DNA of 61,415 bases from Bdellovibrionota bacterium (GTDB taxonomy: Bacteria > Bdellovibrionota_C > UBA2361 > OMIW01): contig JBIJBT010000002.1 of assembly GCA_044345055.1 (NCBI GenBank), positions 1-61,415 of the forward strand, written 5' to 3'. Of this stretch, positions 1 through 8,528 are shown in pieces. A model generated the notes under the pieces. The model was not told the origin of the DNA, ran no database searches, and was given only the letters and a program-made list of their open reading frames with translations. Position 1 is the first letter of the stretch; every line of letters starts with the position of its first letter. A program made the position numbers and the translations under genes.

Positions 1-655
1 CTTTGAGAATCTCTTGACGACGCTCTTCTAGGCGACGGGTCATCAATAGGGCGTACTCTCTTTGAGAGAGATGTTCATAGCCGGGGAGTCTTGCGTATTC
101 GAGGGTGAACTCCTCGAGAAAGTCTTTCTTGTTTACCTTTTGACCCCACCTAGTGGCTTTGTAGTAGGCGGTCCAGTTCATTACCTTGAATTTTCGCTTT
201 ATTCCCCACACCGCATCGTGGAAGCAGTTGTAGCCGGGGTAGTCGGAGATTTTTTCAACAAGGCCATCTTTTACCGGTTGTAGGACGGTGTAAAAGAAGT
301 AGTTCTCGATGTCGGAGTGATCGCCGAGAAACTCGTTTGAGTATCTCCTTCCCCAGACTCCACCACCCGAATATGAGGATGTGTGTCGGGGAACGGCGCG
401 GGCTATTGTGGATTTAAGATCACGCAAAAAGTGAGCGCGATTCTTCTTGTTGTTGTGCGCAACGATGTGTAGGTGGTTTCCTTCGATAGCAAAGCCGTAG
501 AGGGTAATCGTGCGACGAGTGGCGTATTTGGCGGTTAGTCCGAGGATACGGTCCTCGAGCGATTTGTTGTTGACGAACCAGAGGCGAGAATCTCTGGTTC
601 TACTGGTGATAAAGTCTGAGTGCTCGTTTGTTTCTATGCGCGGGTGGCAGCCCAT
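1..655 (-). CDS. Y1 (HUH) tyrosine transposase of IS200/IS605-TnpA / REP-associated RayT type; 3' end runs off the left edge
   Basis: Absent from the ORF track because there is no stop inside the window. My translation of the minus strand from ATG 655-653 (GGAGGA 8 nt upstream) stays open to position 2: MGCHPRIETNEHSDF...TLYGFAIEGNHLHIVAHNN...IENYFFYTVLQPVKDGLVEKISDYPGY... The HUH motif (H-L-H) and the Tyr followed by QPV..GL are Y1-transposase signatures. Confidence 0.75.
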   Translation of the reverse strand, partial: MGCHPRIETNEHSDFITSRTRDSRLWFVNNKSLEDRILGLTAKYATRRTITLYGFAIEGNHLHIVAHNNKKNRAHFLRDLKSTIARAVPRHTSSYSGGGVWGRRYSNEFLGDHSDIENYFFYTVLQPVKDGLVEKISDYPGYNCFHDAVWGIKRKFKVMNWTAYYKATRWGQKVNKKDFLEEFTLEYARLPGYEHLSQREYALLMTRRLEERRQEILK

Positions 656-826
656 CTCTGTTGTCCTCCAAGAGAGAGAAAAAAAGTTTCTATCTGTGAT
701 CGACAGGAGGGGGAGCAGAGTTGCTAATCAAACGGTAGTTTTTTTGAAAATAAGCAGAGCTCAACCTAACTGGCACGATATCTGCCTAATCCTCGCTGAA
801 TAGGGAAATATTTTCAGGCACATTCG

Positions 827-1027
827 TTACCATCTTCTTGCTTCCGTCTTGAACTTGAGCAAAGTCGTATTGTGTGCTAGGCTCGCCCATCTGAATGGGT
901 CGGCATCGAGTTTTTGTGCCTTCCAAGTCCAGTCTCGAATAATCGGCCTGCGGTCATGGTACTGTTCGTCAAGTAGTTTAGAACGCTTAGCGTGCAGTGT
1001 CCTTGTTTTGCGACCCTTGGGGCGCAA
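827..1027 (-). CDS. small hypothetical ORF (66 aa, TTG start); coding status doubtful
   Basis: ORF track only. No recognisable motif. It lies between the transposase and rpsT. Confidence 0.15.
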   Translation of the reverse strand: MRPKGRKTRTLHAKRSKLLDEQYHDRRPIIRDWTWKAQKLDADPFRWASLAHNTTLLKFKTEARRW

Positions 1028-1142
1028 TTTACAACAAGATAAATGGGATAGTGTGTCGTCTATCCTTTCGACATGTTGTAAGAGCAGCCTTCGAAAGATT
1101 CGTGCGTAATCCCCGTGTGTTAAGGTACCTTCGGTAGTCTCT

Positions 1143-1412
1143 ATGGCAAATCACAAGTCCGCTGAAAAGCGCCACAAACAAAGCCTCGTTCGTCGTCAAA
1201 GAAATCGTCTCGTAAAGGCAAGCGTACGTACTGCCGTAAAAAAGGCTCGCGCTGCAATAACTGAGGCTTCGACTGATAAAGGATTAGTGGTAGCGCAGGC
1301 CGAGAGCCAGCTCGCAAAGGCCGCAGCAAAGGGAGTACTACACAAGAAAACTGCATCGCGTCTTGTCAGCCGACTCGCAAAGCGAGCAGCAGCTGAAAGC
1401 GCAGCTAAGTAG
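1143..1412 (+). CDS. rpsT: 30S ribosomal protein S20
   Basis: MANHKSAEKRHKQSLVRRQRNRLVKASVRTAVKK... is the canonical S20 N-terminus; size is 89 aa. Confidence 0.95.
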   Translation: MANHKSAEKRHKQSLVRRQRNRLVKASVRTAVKKARAAITEASTDKGLVVAQAESQLAKAAAKGVLHKKTASRLVSRLAKRAAAESAAK

Positions 1413-1642
1413 TATGCGAAGATAGCTCAGCCGGGGGCAACGAACCTTCGGCTGAGGTGTATGGGTAACCCTCAGTGGTTTAAAAGTTTGGTTTTGCTAA
1501 ATTAGCTTCTCTAGTTGTGCCAATTTAATTGGCAACCTGTTTCATATTGAGTGATTTAGGTTGATGGCACAGTTAGGTTGATTACGTTCATAAGGGTTAA
1601 GCTTTTTTCGGGAAGCCTTAACTTTTAGCCAGACGTGGCACA

Positions 1643-2056
1643 TCAGGTCAAGGCTTCCGCAATAGCTCCTAAAATCCAGCGGTACTTAGAGCTTTCCGAG
1701 CACAAGGACGAGCACAGCGCTCCCCCTCGGGTGGACCCTTCATTATTTCTGCGCTCACGTTCCTCGAAAACCGCCTTCATTATGGTCAGTTCTTCCACAG
1801 AAAAGCCCTGATCAGCGATCCATCTCGCTAATTTATCTACACAATCCTGTTCCGAACCCGCTGGATCGTTACGAACCCTAAGATAAAGGCTCCCCGCCAT
1901 ATCGTAGAGTGCATTTTGATTGTCTGTTAAAGGCTGAAAGTATGGTGTTATAAGCGGAACCTCGGCTGCTCGCCGCCCCCAAGTAATTCCGGGCAAATTT
2001 ACGGTAAAACTTTCTATAATTTGTTTTAGGCTCGACTCTAACTGCATATCAACCAC
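1643..2056 (-). CDS. hypothetical protein (137 aa), co-oriented directly downstream of hemD
   Basis: ORF begins 18 nt after the hemD stop on the same strand. No motif recognised. Confidence 0.5.
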   Translation of the reverse strand: MVDMQLESSLKQIIESFTVNLPGITWGRRAAEVPLITPYFQPLTDNQNALYDMAGSLYLRVRNDPAGSEQDCVDKLARWIADQGFSVEELTIMKAVFEERERRNNEGSTRGGALCSSLCSESSKYRWILGAIAEALT

Positions 2057-2074
2057 CCTTTATTATCGCATTCG

Positions 2075-2827
2075 CTACCTATCCTCAAACAAACGAACCC
2101 ATAAAGCTATCTCGTCTACAAACTGCTCTACAGAACCTTTGTCATGTTCTACTACCAGAGCCCAGCCCAATTCACGCACCGCGGCGGCTGTTGTTGGACC
2201 GAATGCAGCACATCTCGGCGAGCAACTTCTATCAGCTAGCCCTGAGTAACGAAAAGCTTGTACCGCTGAGGGACTAAAAAACAGAATTACATTTGAGCTA
2301 TTTTCAACAAAGATACTCGCCATCTCCGGAGAGATTTTCCTCGGTACCGTCCGGTAAGCGACTATTCTAGAGACCGATAGTCCGCCGTCACTTAGTATTG
2401 CTGCGAGCTCTGGGCGGGGGGATTCTGCGCCGATAAGGATGGCACGGCTCAGCGGAGGGGAGTTTTTGAGAATGGTTCCTGCGAGTTCGCTTCCCGTTGG
2501 GCCTGATGCAATCAGCGATGCAGGATAGCTTGCGGCAGCTTCCCAAGCCGAAGCTGTGCCTGTCCCCTGAACTGCGATACTGCACCGAGGAGGGGTGCGC
2601 AGAGCGGGAAGACCCGATATCCCATATTTTACCGCCGTTGGACTACTAAAGCAGATGACACAATCGGGGTCATCCAGAGCTGCGGCGATAAGCGCTCGAT
2701 CCTCTTCACTTATCGACAAACTCTCCGTTGTAATAAGCGGCAAGGAGATGGCGTGCAATCCCCTCTCAGAAAACTCTTTTATAAGATCGGCATTTCGTTC
2801 TTTTTCACGGGTGCAGACGATTATCAT
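2075..2827 (-). CDS. hemD: uroporphyrinogen-III synthase
   Basis: 250 aa with a HEM4-like two-lobe pattern (MIIVCTRE...ISLPLI...FSSP.AV). It sits immediately downstream of hemC, the classical hemCD order. Confidence 0.85.
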   Translation of the reverse strand: MIIVCTREKERNADLIKEFSERGLHAISLPLITTESLSISEEDRALIAAALDDPDCVICFSSPTAVKYGISGLPALRTPPRCSIAVQGTGTASAWEAAASYPASLIASGPTGSELAGTILKNSPPLSRAILIGAESPRPELAAILSDGGLSVSRIVAYRTVPRKISPEMASIFVENSSNVILFFSPSAVQAFRYSGLADRSCSPRCAAFGPTTAAAVRELGWALVVEHDKGSVEQFVDEIALWVRLFEDR

Positions 2828-2933
2828 GGCAGCAAATCCCGTCGCCTGAATATTTTTCCAAAAAAGCGCATCACAAAAAATGGGTTAAAGAAAAGCGCCT
2901 TCTAGCTTTTGAGAGGCTGCGAAATGAGGGCTT

Positions 2934-3869
2934 TCATCCAAGCATCGCGCGCGACCACATACCACTCTGCTCGGACACCATACTATCGGCCAGCCGACAA
3001 CCGAGCGCATGCGCTTCTTCAATGGGTGCGGCTTCCTCTTTAACACTCGCGATAGCCCCATCAGGACTCAGGCAGATAGTGCGAAGGACAACCTGTCCAC
3101 CCTCGACAATTCTGGCACTCGCTCCAACGGCAGCGTTACATCCCGCTCCGAGTCGATCTATGAATGCTCGCTCCGCAGATGTTTCAATACCTGTTTCTCG
3201 ATGATGAATCGCTGCAAGGAGGTCCATCACTTCTTGCCTTTCCTTTAAACACTGAATAGCAAGAGCGCCCTGTCCCGCAGCTGGAAGCATCACATCATCG
3301 CTGAATCGGTCTGTAATTTTATCTGCAAGACCTAGTCTTTTAACGCCAGCAGCAGCCAAAACAATCGCCGCAAAAGGGCTTTCCGGGTCCTCCAGTTTTC
3401 GCAAGCGCGTGTCGACATTGCCTCGAATCACTTCGATGCGGAGGTCTGGCCGGGCACGAAGAATCTGAGCGGCCCGACGCAAACTCGATGTTCCTATAAT
3501 TGACTGTTTAGGCAATTCACTGAACGTGAGATTTCCTCGGCTAATAAGAACGTCCTCGCGATCTTCGCGAAATGGAATTGCACCAATCAAAAACTGGGGT
3601 CCCATTATGGTGGGAACATCTTTGAGCGAATGAACAGCGATATCAATCTCTCTTGTCTCGAGTAGCTGCTCCATCTCGTACGTCCACAATCCTTTGAGGC
3701 CGGTAGGCGGAAGAGGTACATTCGTGGTCTGACTTTTGTCCCCCTCAGTAATAATTGGAACAAAGGTGACCGAGAGTTCAGGATGAGCTCGAACGAGAAG
3801 ATCGCGAACCAGTTCGCTCTGTGCGATAGCGAGCTTACTGCGACGAGTGCCGAGAGTGAGAGTCTTCAT
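2934..3869 (-). CDS. hemC: hydroxymethylbilane synthase (porphobilinogen deaminase)
   Basis: LTLGTRRSKLAIAQSELV..., HSLKDVP, IRGNVDTRLRKL and a late Cys (GAGCN) are typical HemC motifs. Confidence 0.95.
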   Translation of the reverse strand: MKTLTLGTRRSKLAIAQSELVRDLLVRAHPELSVTFVPIITEGDKSQTTNVPLPPTGLKGLWTYEMEQLLETREIDIAVHSLKDVPTIMGPQFLIGAIPFREDREDVLISRGNLTFSELPKQSIIGTSSLRRAAQILRARPDLRIEVIRGNVDTRLRKLEDPESPFAAIVLAAAGVKRLGLADKITDRFSDDVMLPAAGQGALAIQCLKERQEVMDLLAAIHHRETGIETSAERAFIDRLGAGCNAAVGASARIVEGGQVVLRTICLSPDGAIASVKEEAAPIEEAHALGCRLADSMVSEQSGMWSRAMLG

Positions 3870-4153
3870 GATATGGCATTATTGTGGTAGCTACGCTAAT
3901 CTGGCAAAAGAACGGATGGTATCAGTGGAAAATCGGCCCAAAACGGGTCTGCTTCACAAAATGGCTTTAGGGCGCGCATCGTAGCATGGGGGGGAGGAAC
4001 GATAAAGGAGGCCCCGCAAGTAATATCCTGGCCTCACAACGATCCTGGTCTGACATCTGCTCAACGAAAAAACTCAAAAACGTATCCCGCTTCTGGCCCG
4101 TCTCTTACCAAGGTGCACCTTGTCAGATTTCGATTATCGCAACGGAGGAGTAG

Positions 4154-6418
4154 TTGGAAAAAAGTGATCAATCACAGCCTCATTCACCTGAATTACCATC
4201 ACTAATCGAATCTGGAAAAGCCAAATCCGATAAGATATCCCATGAGCCTCGGACCATTAAGGGTCGGGTAACCAGAATTACCTTTCGAAATGAACAGAGC
4301 GGGTATACGGTCTTTCAGATTAAGATGCCCGATACTGAGGCGCCCCTCACCGTTACCGGATATATTGGCCGAATAGAGCCCGAATTTGAGGTCGTAGCGC
4401 AAGGAACCTTCACGAAACATGCTCGGTTCGGGCATCAATTTGCGGCTCGATCGGTATCGGCTTCTCCACCCTCAACCCAAATCGGAATGGAGCGTTACCT
4501 CTCAAGCGGTTACATAAAGGGTATAGGGCCTGATCTTGCAAAGCGAATCGTTGAGCACCTCGGGGAACGGGCGTTAGATATTATTAAAGAGGACCCCCGC
4601 ATACTGACCGACATCCCCGGAATTGGAGCCCAAAAAGCAAAGGCGCTCGCTGAAGCTTTTTCAGATCAATCAATCTTGCAGCAGATACTTCAGTTTTTGA
4701 TTGAACACGGGGTCAGCCCATCGTTTGCCGAGCGAATCTACAAACGGTATGGCGATAGAACAATAGATATCGTGCAGCGAAATCCGTATCGACTTGCTCA
4801 CGATATTCGTGGAATCGGTTTCAAGACGGCAGATACTATCGCTATCTCCGGGCTCAACATGTCTCCTGATCACCCCGATCGACTTCGTGCAGGTTTAGCG
4901 TTTACTCTCGAAAAAGGCGCTGAGGAGGGACACTGTTTTTTGCCTGAAAGCGAGCTCCTAGACAAGGCTTGTCAACTTCTTCAGGTGAATAACCGCGAAC
5001 TATTTTTTCCTCTTCTTAAGGCCGCTATCGAGGATCGCGATCTTATCCGCGAGCCTCGCGGTTACTATCTTCCCGCCGCGTGGGAAGCTGAACAAAAGAT
5101 CGCGGAGTTTGTTTCCTCTCGCAAAAAAGAGCTGCAATCGCGACAAAATGATCCACTCTCAGTTGAGCAGACGATCGCATCGGTCCAATCTGGTATGGGG
5201 TTAACTTTTTCTCCAGAGCAAAAAGAGGCGGTTTGTCTCGCGAGTACTCAGCGACTTCTCGTTATCACTGGTGGTCCAGGATGCGGAAAGACGACGACAA
5301 TTCGGGCTATTTCCGCACTTTTTCAGGAAGCGGGAAAGCGTCTCATGATGGCAGCTCCCACCGGAAGAGCGGCCCAGAGAATGTCTCAGGTCTGCGATAT
5401 ACCCGCGATGACGATTCACCGATTGCTTCGCTATAACCCAGGGACAGGCGATTTTATCCACAACGAACAGGAACCTCTTCCCGCTGACGCGGTTATCGTC
5501 GATGAATGTTCGATGCTCGATATCTATCTTGCGGCCTCTCTATTTGCCGCAATACCAAACGATTGCACTCTAGTTCTCGTCGGCGATAAAGATCAGTTAC
5601 CGAGCGTCGGTCCAGGCAAGGTATTCGGCGATATTATCGACTCAGGTGCTGCCCCTGTAATTCGTCTAACTCATCTGTATCGCCGTTCAGCAGAGTCAAC
5701 GATAAACGATATTGCTATCTCGATTAATGCTGGGATTACTCCCTCGATTCCATCCCCTGAGCAACGTCAGAGTGCTGATGCATGTTTTATATCCCACTCG
5801 GATCCCGATGAAGCAATGGCGGTAATTCGCGATTACGTTTCGCACGAGCTACCCAAAAATCACAACTTCGACCCCTCGGAGATAATGGTTCTTACTCCGA
5901 GCAATAAAGGGCCACTTGGAACGATAGCGCTCAATCAAGCACTTCAATATTCCCTGAACCCTCCAAAGCCAGGCGTCCCCGAGCTTCAGGTCGGGGGAGT
6001 AACATTTCGGGTCGGAGATCGGGTCTGTCAGCGTTCGAATAATTACATGATCGATCCGCAAGGAGTTTTCAACGGCGACCTTGGAATCATTACCGAGATT
6101 CATCCTCAAACAAAAAGTCTTGCTGTTGTGCTGTGGGACGGTCGCCGAATCCTCTATAAACCAACCGACATTCCTCAGCTTGGACTCGCCTACTCCCTAA
6201 CGGTGCATCGTTCACAAGGCTCTGAAATCCCTTGCGTAGTTCTAGCGCTCCACGATTCGCACTACATGCTCCTCGAGCGACAGCTCCTCTACACCGCCGT
6301 AACACGCGCAAAACGCTCCCTAATAATAATCGGAAGCCGCCGCGCCCTCCACCTAGCCGTCTCCCGAATCAGCAGCCGCCGAAGGAATACGGCGATTGTT
6401 GAGATTTTGGGGGGGTGA
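4154..6418 (+). CDS. recD2: RecD2/TraA-family SF1B ATP-dependent DNA helicase
   Basis: N-terminal OB-like GRVTRITFRNEQSGYTVFQIK, HhH region, Walker A GGPGCGKTT, VIVDECSMLD, LVGDKDQLPSVGPG and C-terminal LTVHRSQGSE ... LLYTAVTRAK. Confidence 0.9.
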   Translation: MEKSDQSQPHSPELPSLIESGKAKSDKISHEPRTIKGRVTRITFRNEQSGYTVFQIKMPDTEAPLTVTGYIGRIEPEFEVVAQGTFTKHARFGHQFAARSVSASPPSTQIGMERYLSSGYIKGIGPDLAKRIVEHLGERALDIIKEDPRILTDIPGIGAQKAKALAEAFSDQSILQQILQFLIEHGVSPSFAERIYKRYGDRTIDIVQRNPYRLAHDIRGIGFKTADTIAISGLNMSPDHPDRLRAGLAFTLEKGAEEGHCFLPESELLDKACQLLQVNNRELFFPLLKAAIEDRDLIREPRGYYLPAAWEAEQKIAEFVSSRKKELQSRQNDPLSVEQTIASVQSGMGLTFSPEQKEAVCLASTQRLLVITGGPGCGKTTTIRAISALFQEAGKRLMMAAPTGRAAQRMSQVCDIPAMTIHRLLRYNPGTGDFIHNEQEPLPADAVIVDECSMLDIYLAASLFAAIPNDCTLVLVGDKDQLPSVGPGKVFGDIIDSGAAPVIRLTHLYRRSAESTINDIAISINAGITPSIPSPEQRQSADACFISHSDPDEAMAVIRDYVSHELPKNHNFDPSEIMVLTPSNKGPLGTIALNQALQYSLNPPKPGVPELQVGGVTFRVGDRVCQRSNNYMIDPQGVFNGDLGIITEIHPQTKSLAVVLWDGRRILYKPTDIPQLGLAYSLTVHRSQGSEIPCVVLALHDSHYMLLERQLLYTAVTRAKRSLIIIGSRRALHLAVSRISSRRRNTAIVEILGG

Positions 6419-6421
6419 TGT

Positions 6422-6502
6422 GGGGGGATATTTTTGAGGTGTTGGTGAGTTGGGGTGTTGTCGTATTCAGCAACCCCCGCTCCCAAAAATCCTAATCCCC
6501 CC
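6422..6502. terminator. long G-rich/C-rich inverted repeat between convergent recD2 and a response-regulator gene; possible bidirectional terminator
   Basis: GGGGGGAT+ATTTTTG (6422-6436) pairs with CAAAAAT (6484-6490) and ATCCCCCC (6495-6502), with a 4-nt bulge. The distal arm overlaps the last codons of the minus-strand gene. Confidence 0.35.
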
Positions 6503-6860
6503 TCCCAATGATTCGCTCAATCTCAAAAAGCTCTGCGGGTTTTACTAGGTGGCTTTCAAAACCAGCTCGCCGACTCGCCTCTTCGTGTTCTCTGCCGCTT
6601 AATCCGGTGCAGGCTATAAGGCGAACCGCTGAGAGATTGGTGTCGGCACGAATAGCTCGGGCAACCTCTAGACCACTTAAATTTGGAAGAGTTAGATCGA
6701 TCAGAGCGATGGCTGGTTTATGACGACGAATCGCTTCAATGGCTGCCTCTCCATCAGTGACGGCAAAAACATCAAATCCTAGCGATTCAAGAAAGAACTT
6801 TAGAATAGCAACCGAGCTTACACAGTCGTCCGCTATTAGGATTGTGCTTCTAACGGTCAT
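6492..6860 (-). CDS. single-domain response regulator (CheY-like receiver)
   Basis: ILIADDCVSS...DGEAAIEAI...PAIALIDLTLPNLSGLEVARAIR...LIACTG...HLVKP contains all the canonical receiver residues. Confidence 0.85.
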   Translation of the reverse strand: MTVRSTILIADDCVSSVAILKFFLESLGFDVFAVTDGEAAIEAIRRHKPAIALIDLTLPNLSGLEVARAIRADTNLSAVRLIACTGLSGREHEEASRRAGFESHLVKPAELFEIERIIGRGD

Positions 6861-6907
6861 AATCGCGCTTTCTTGGATTTATTCAGATAAAACTCAACAA
6901 CGTGCCG

Positions 6908-7303
6908 CTATCGATCCTCGTTTGTGGGCACCACGATACTCCAATACCCGATGATATTTTTCACTCGCTCCGACCACTCAGCTCGGTTGTCAGGAATCTC
7001 TATCAGGGCAACTGGAACCGAAGTATCTCGTCTCTTAATTTTGGCTCTATCAAATCCCCTTGGTATCAAAATAAGAGCAGGGATTATGGAAAGCTGGGGT
7101 AGTTGGTGACACCGTGCAACGAATGACGATCCATTCATTATCGGTAAATCATAGCTTGCTATGATAAGGTCGGGTACCAAACTTTCAGGAGCAGTGAGGC
7201 TTTTTAGCGCCTCCTCTCCCGTGCGGAAACGGCTAAATGAAAACTTAAGGGCTCCACCCTCTTCGACAAAGGGGTAAAAAATAGAATCTGATGAGATCGC
7301 CAT
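6908..7303 (-). CDS. receiver-like protein, probably a degenerate or atypical receiver domain
   Basis: Start taken at the internal ATG (MAISSDS...). PDLIIASYDLPIMNG keeps the phospho-acceptor Asp context. The N-terminal acidic pair reads VEEGG. The Thr/Ser and Lys positions (LILIPRG, IEIPDN) do not look canonical. A C-terminal YW motif resembles Rcp1-type receivers. Confidence 0.55.
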   Translation of the reverse strand: MAISSDSIFYPFVEEGGALKFSFSRFRTGEEALKSLTAPESLVPDLIIASYDLPIMNGSSFVARCHQLPQLSIIPALILIPRGFDRAKIKRRDTSVPVALIEIPDNRAEWSERVKNIIGYWSIVVPTNEDR

Positions 7304-7466
7304 CACGACCTCTCGTCGATGCACCTGCGGAACAGTCTCCACAGCTCCCCTCCTCTTTGCTAGACTTGGAATCGGTCGCACGGTACCATTTTAGAGAAAA
7401 ATGCGATACCCGACAAAATGTTCTCTGTAGTCGGTTAACACTGCAGTCTGTTAACACAGTAGTCCC

Positions 7467-8528
7467 GTGGCAACCGACGAACTCATCATCGAAACCGATT
7501 TCATCCATCTCTTACAGGAGCCTGATCTGGAATCACCACCGGCAGAGCCGTTTCTGAAAGAAGAAGCGCAACGCTTCGCGCCTTACTCAAGATTCCAAAC
7601 GCATCAATGGCAAGCACAGCTGAATAAACACGAGAGCGAACTAAGGCCAATCATCGAACCGCACCTAAGTCGAGCCGCTCGGAACGAGAAACATCCTGTG
7701 CTCGATTTTCTCTTCCGCTACTATTCGTTCCGTCCGCAACAGCTTCTTCGTTGGACACCCGGTTCCGGTATCATACTTTGCAATGCCTCATCGAGAGACT
7801 TCCCCGATTCACTCGGCTTTCGCCCCGTTCCTGAGGGGCGCGCACTTGACCTCGCACGATTCCCCAAAAAACGAGTTCCATTTTTATGGTGGGTTTTTCG
7901 ACTCAATCGGGAGTTGCTAATCCGACAACCTCGCTTCTCCTGCTTTGGGCTCCACGAGTGGGCTATGCTCTATCGCTCGGGAGAACCTCGACATGAAACG
8001 ATCCCTCTGCGGGTATCCACATCAACGATCGAACAGGTCGTTGAGAGCCATCCCCTGACCTGCACACATTTCGATGCGTTTCGGTTTTTCTCTCCCGAGG
8101 CGGCCCCGCGCAACGGCATAACCCTTACCCGACTCACAAGCGCCACACACGAGCAACCAGGGTGCCTCCACGCCTCAATGGACCTTTATAAGAGCTGCTA
8201 CAAACTCTATCCTTGGGTGAGCAGCACCCTCCTTCGCGCCTCTTTTCTCCTCGCAAAGCGCGCCCGCATCGTCGACATGGAGGCAAGCCCATACGACGTT
8301 CGCCCCCTTGGCTATAATTCGATCCCAATCGAAACCGAGATTGGCAAGGCGCTCTACATCGAGCACCAACGGGCAATTCATGACGAAGCCCAAACCATTC
8401 GCCAACGCTTAGTTGATGAATTACGCTTCCTCATAAAAGAGATATCCTCTCTTTCTCAATCGACTAATCAGCCGTCTAGCGAGCTGGAGTCCGTCGAGCT
8501 CGAGGGGCTCGAGGAGCATCTTGACTAA
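7467..8528 (+). CDS. conserved hypothetical protein (353 aa); family sometimes annotated as 3-methyladenine DNA glycosylase-like
   Basis: Long clean ORF with a GLHEWAMLYR motif that I associate with that poorly characterised family. This is recollection, not a search result. Confidence 0.55.
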   Translation: MATDELIIETDFIHLLQEPDLESPPAEPFLKEEAQRFAPYSRFQTHQWQAQLNKHESELRPIIEPHLSRAARNEKHPVLDFLFRYYSFRPQQLLRWTPGSGIILCNASSRDFPDSLGFRPVPEGRALDLARFPKKRVPFLWWVFRLNRELLIRQPRFSCFGLHEWAMLYRSGEPRHETIPLRVSTSTIEQVVESHPLTCTHFDAFRFFSPEAAPRNGITLTRLTSATHEQPGCLHASMDLYKSCYKLYPWVSSTLLRASFLLAKRARIVDMEASPYDVRPLGYNSIPIETEIGKALYIEHQRAIHDEAQTIRQRLVDELRFLIKEISSLSQSTNQPSSELESVELEGLEEHLD

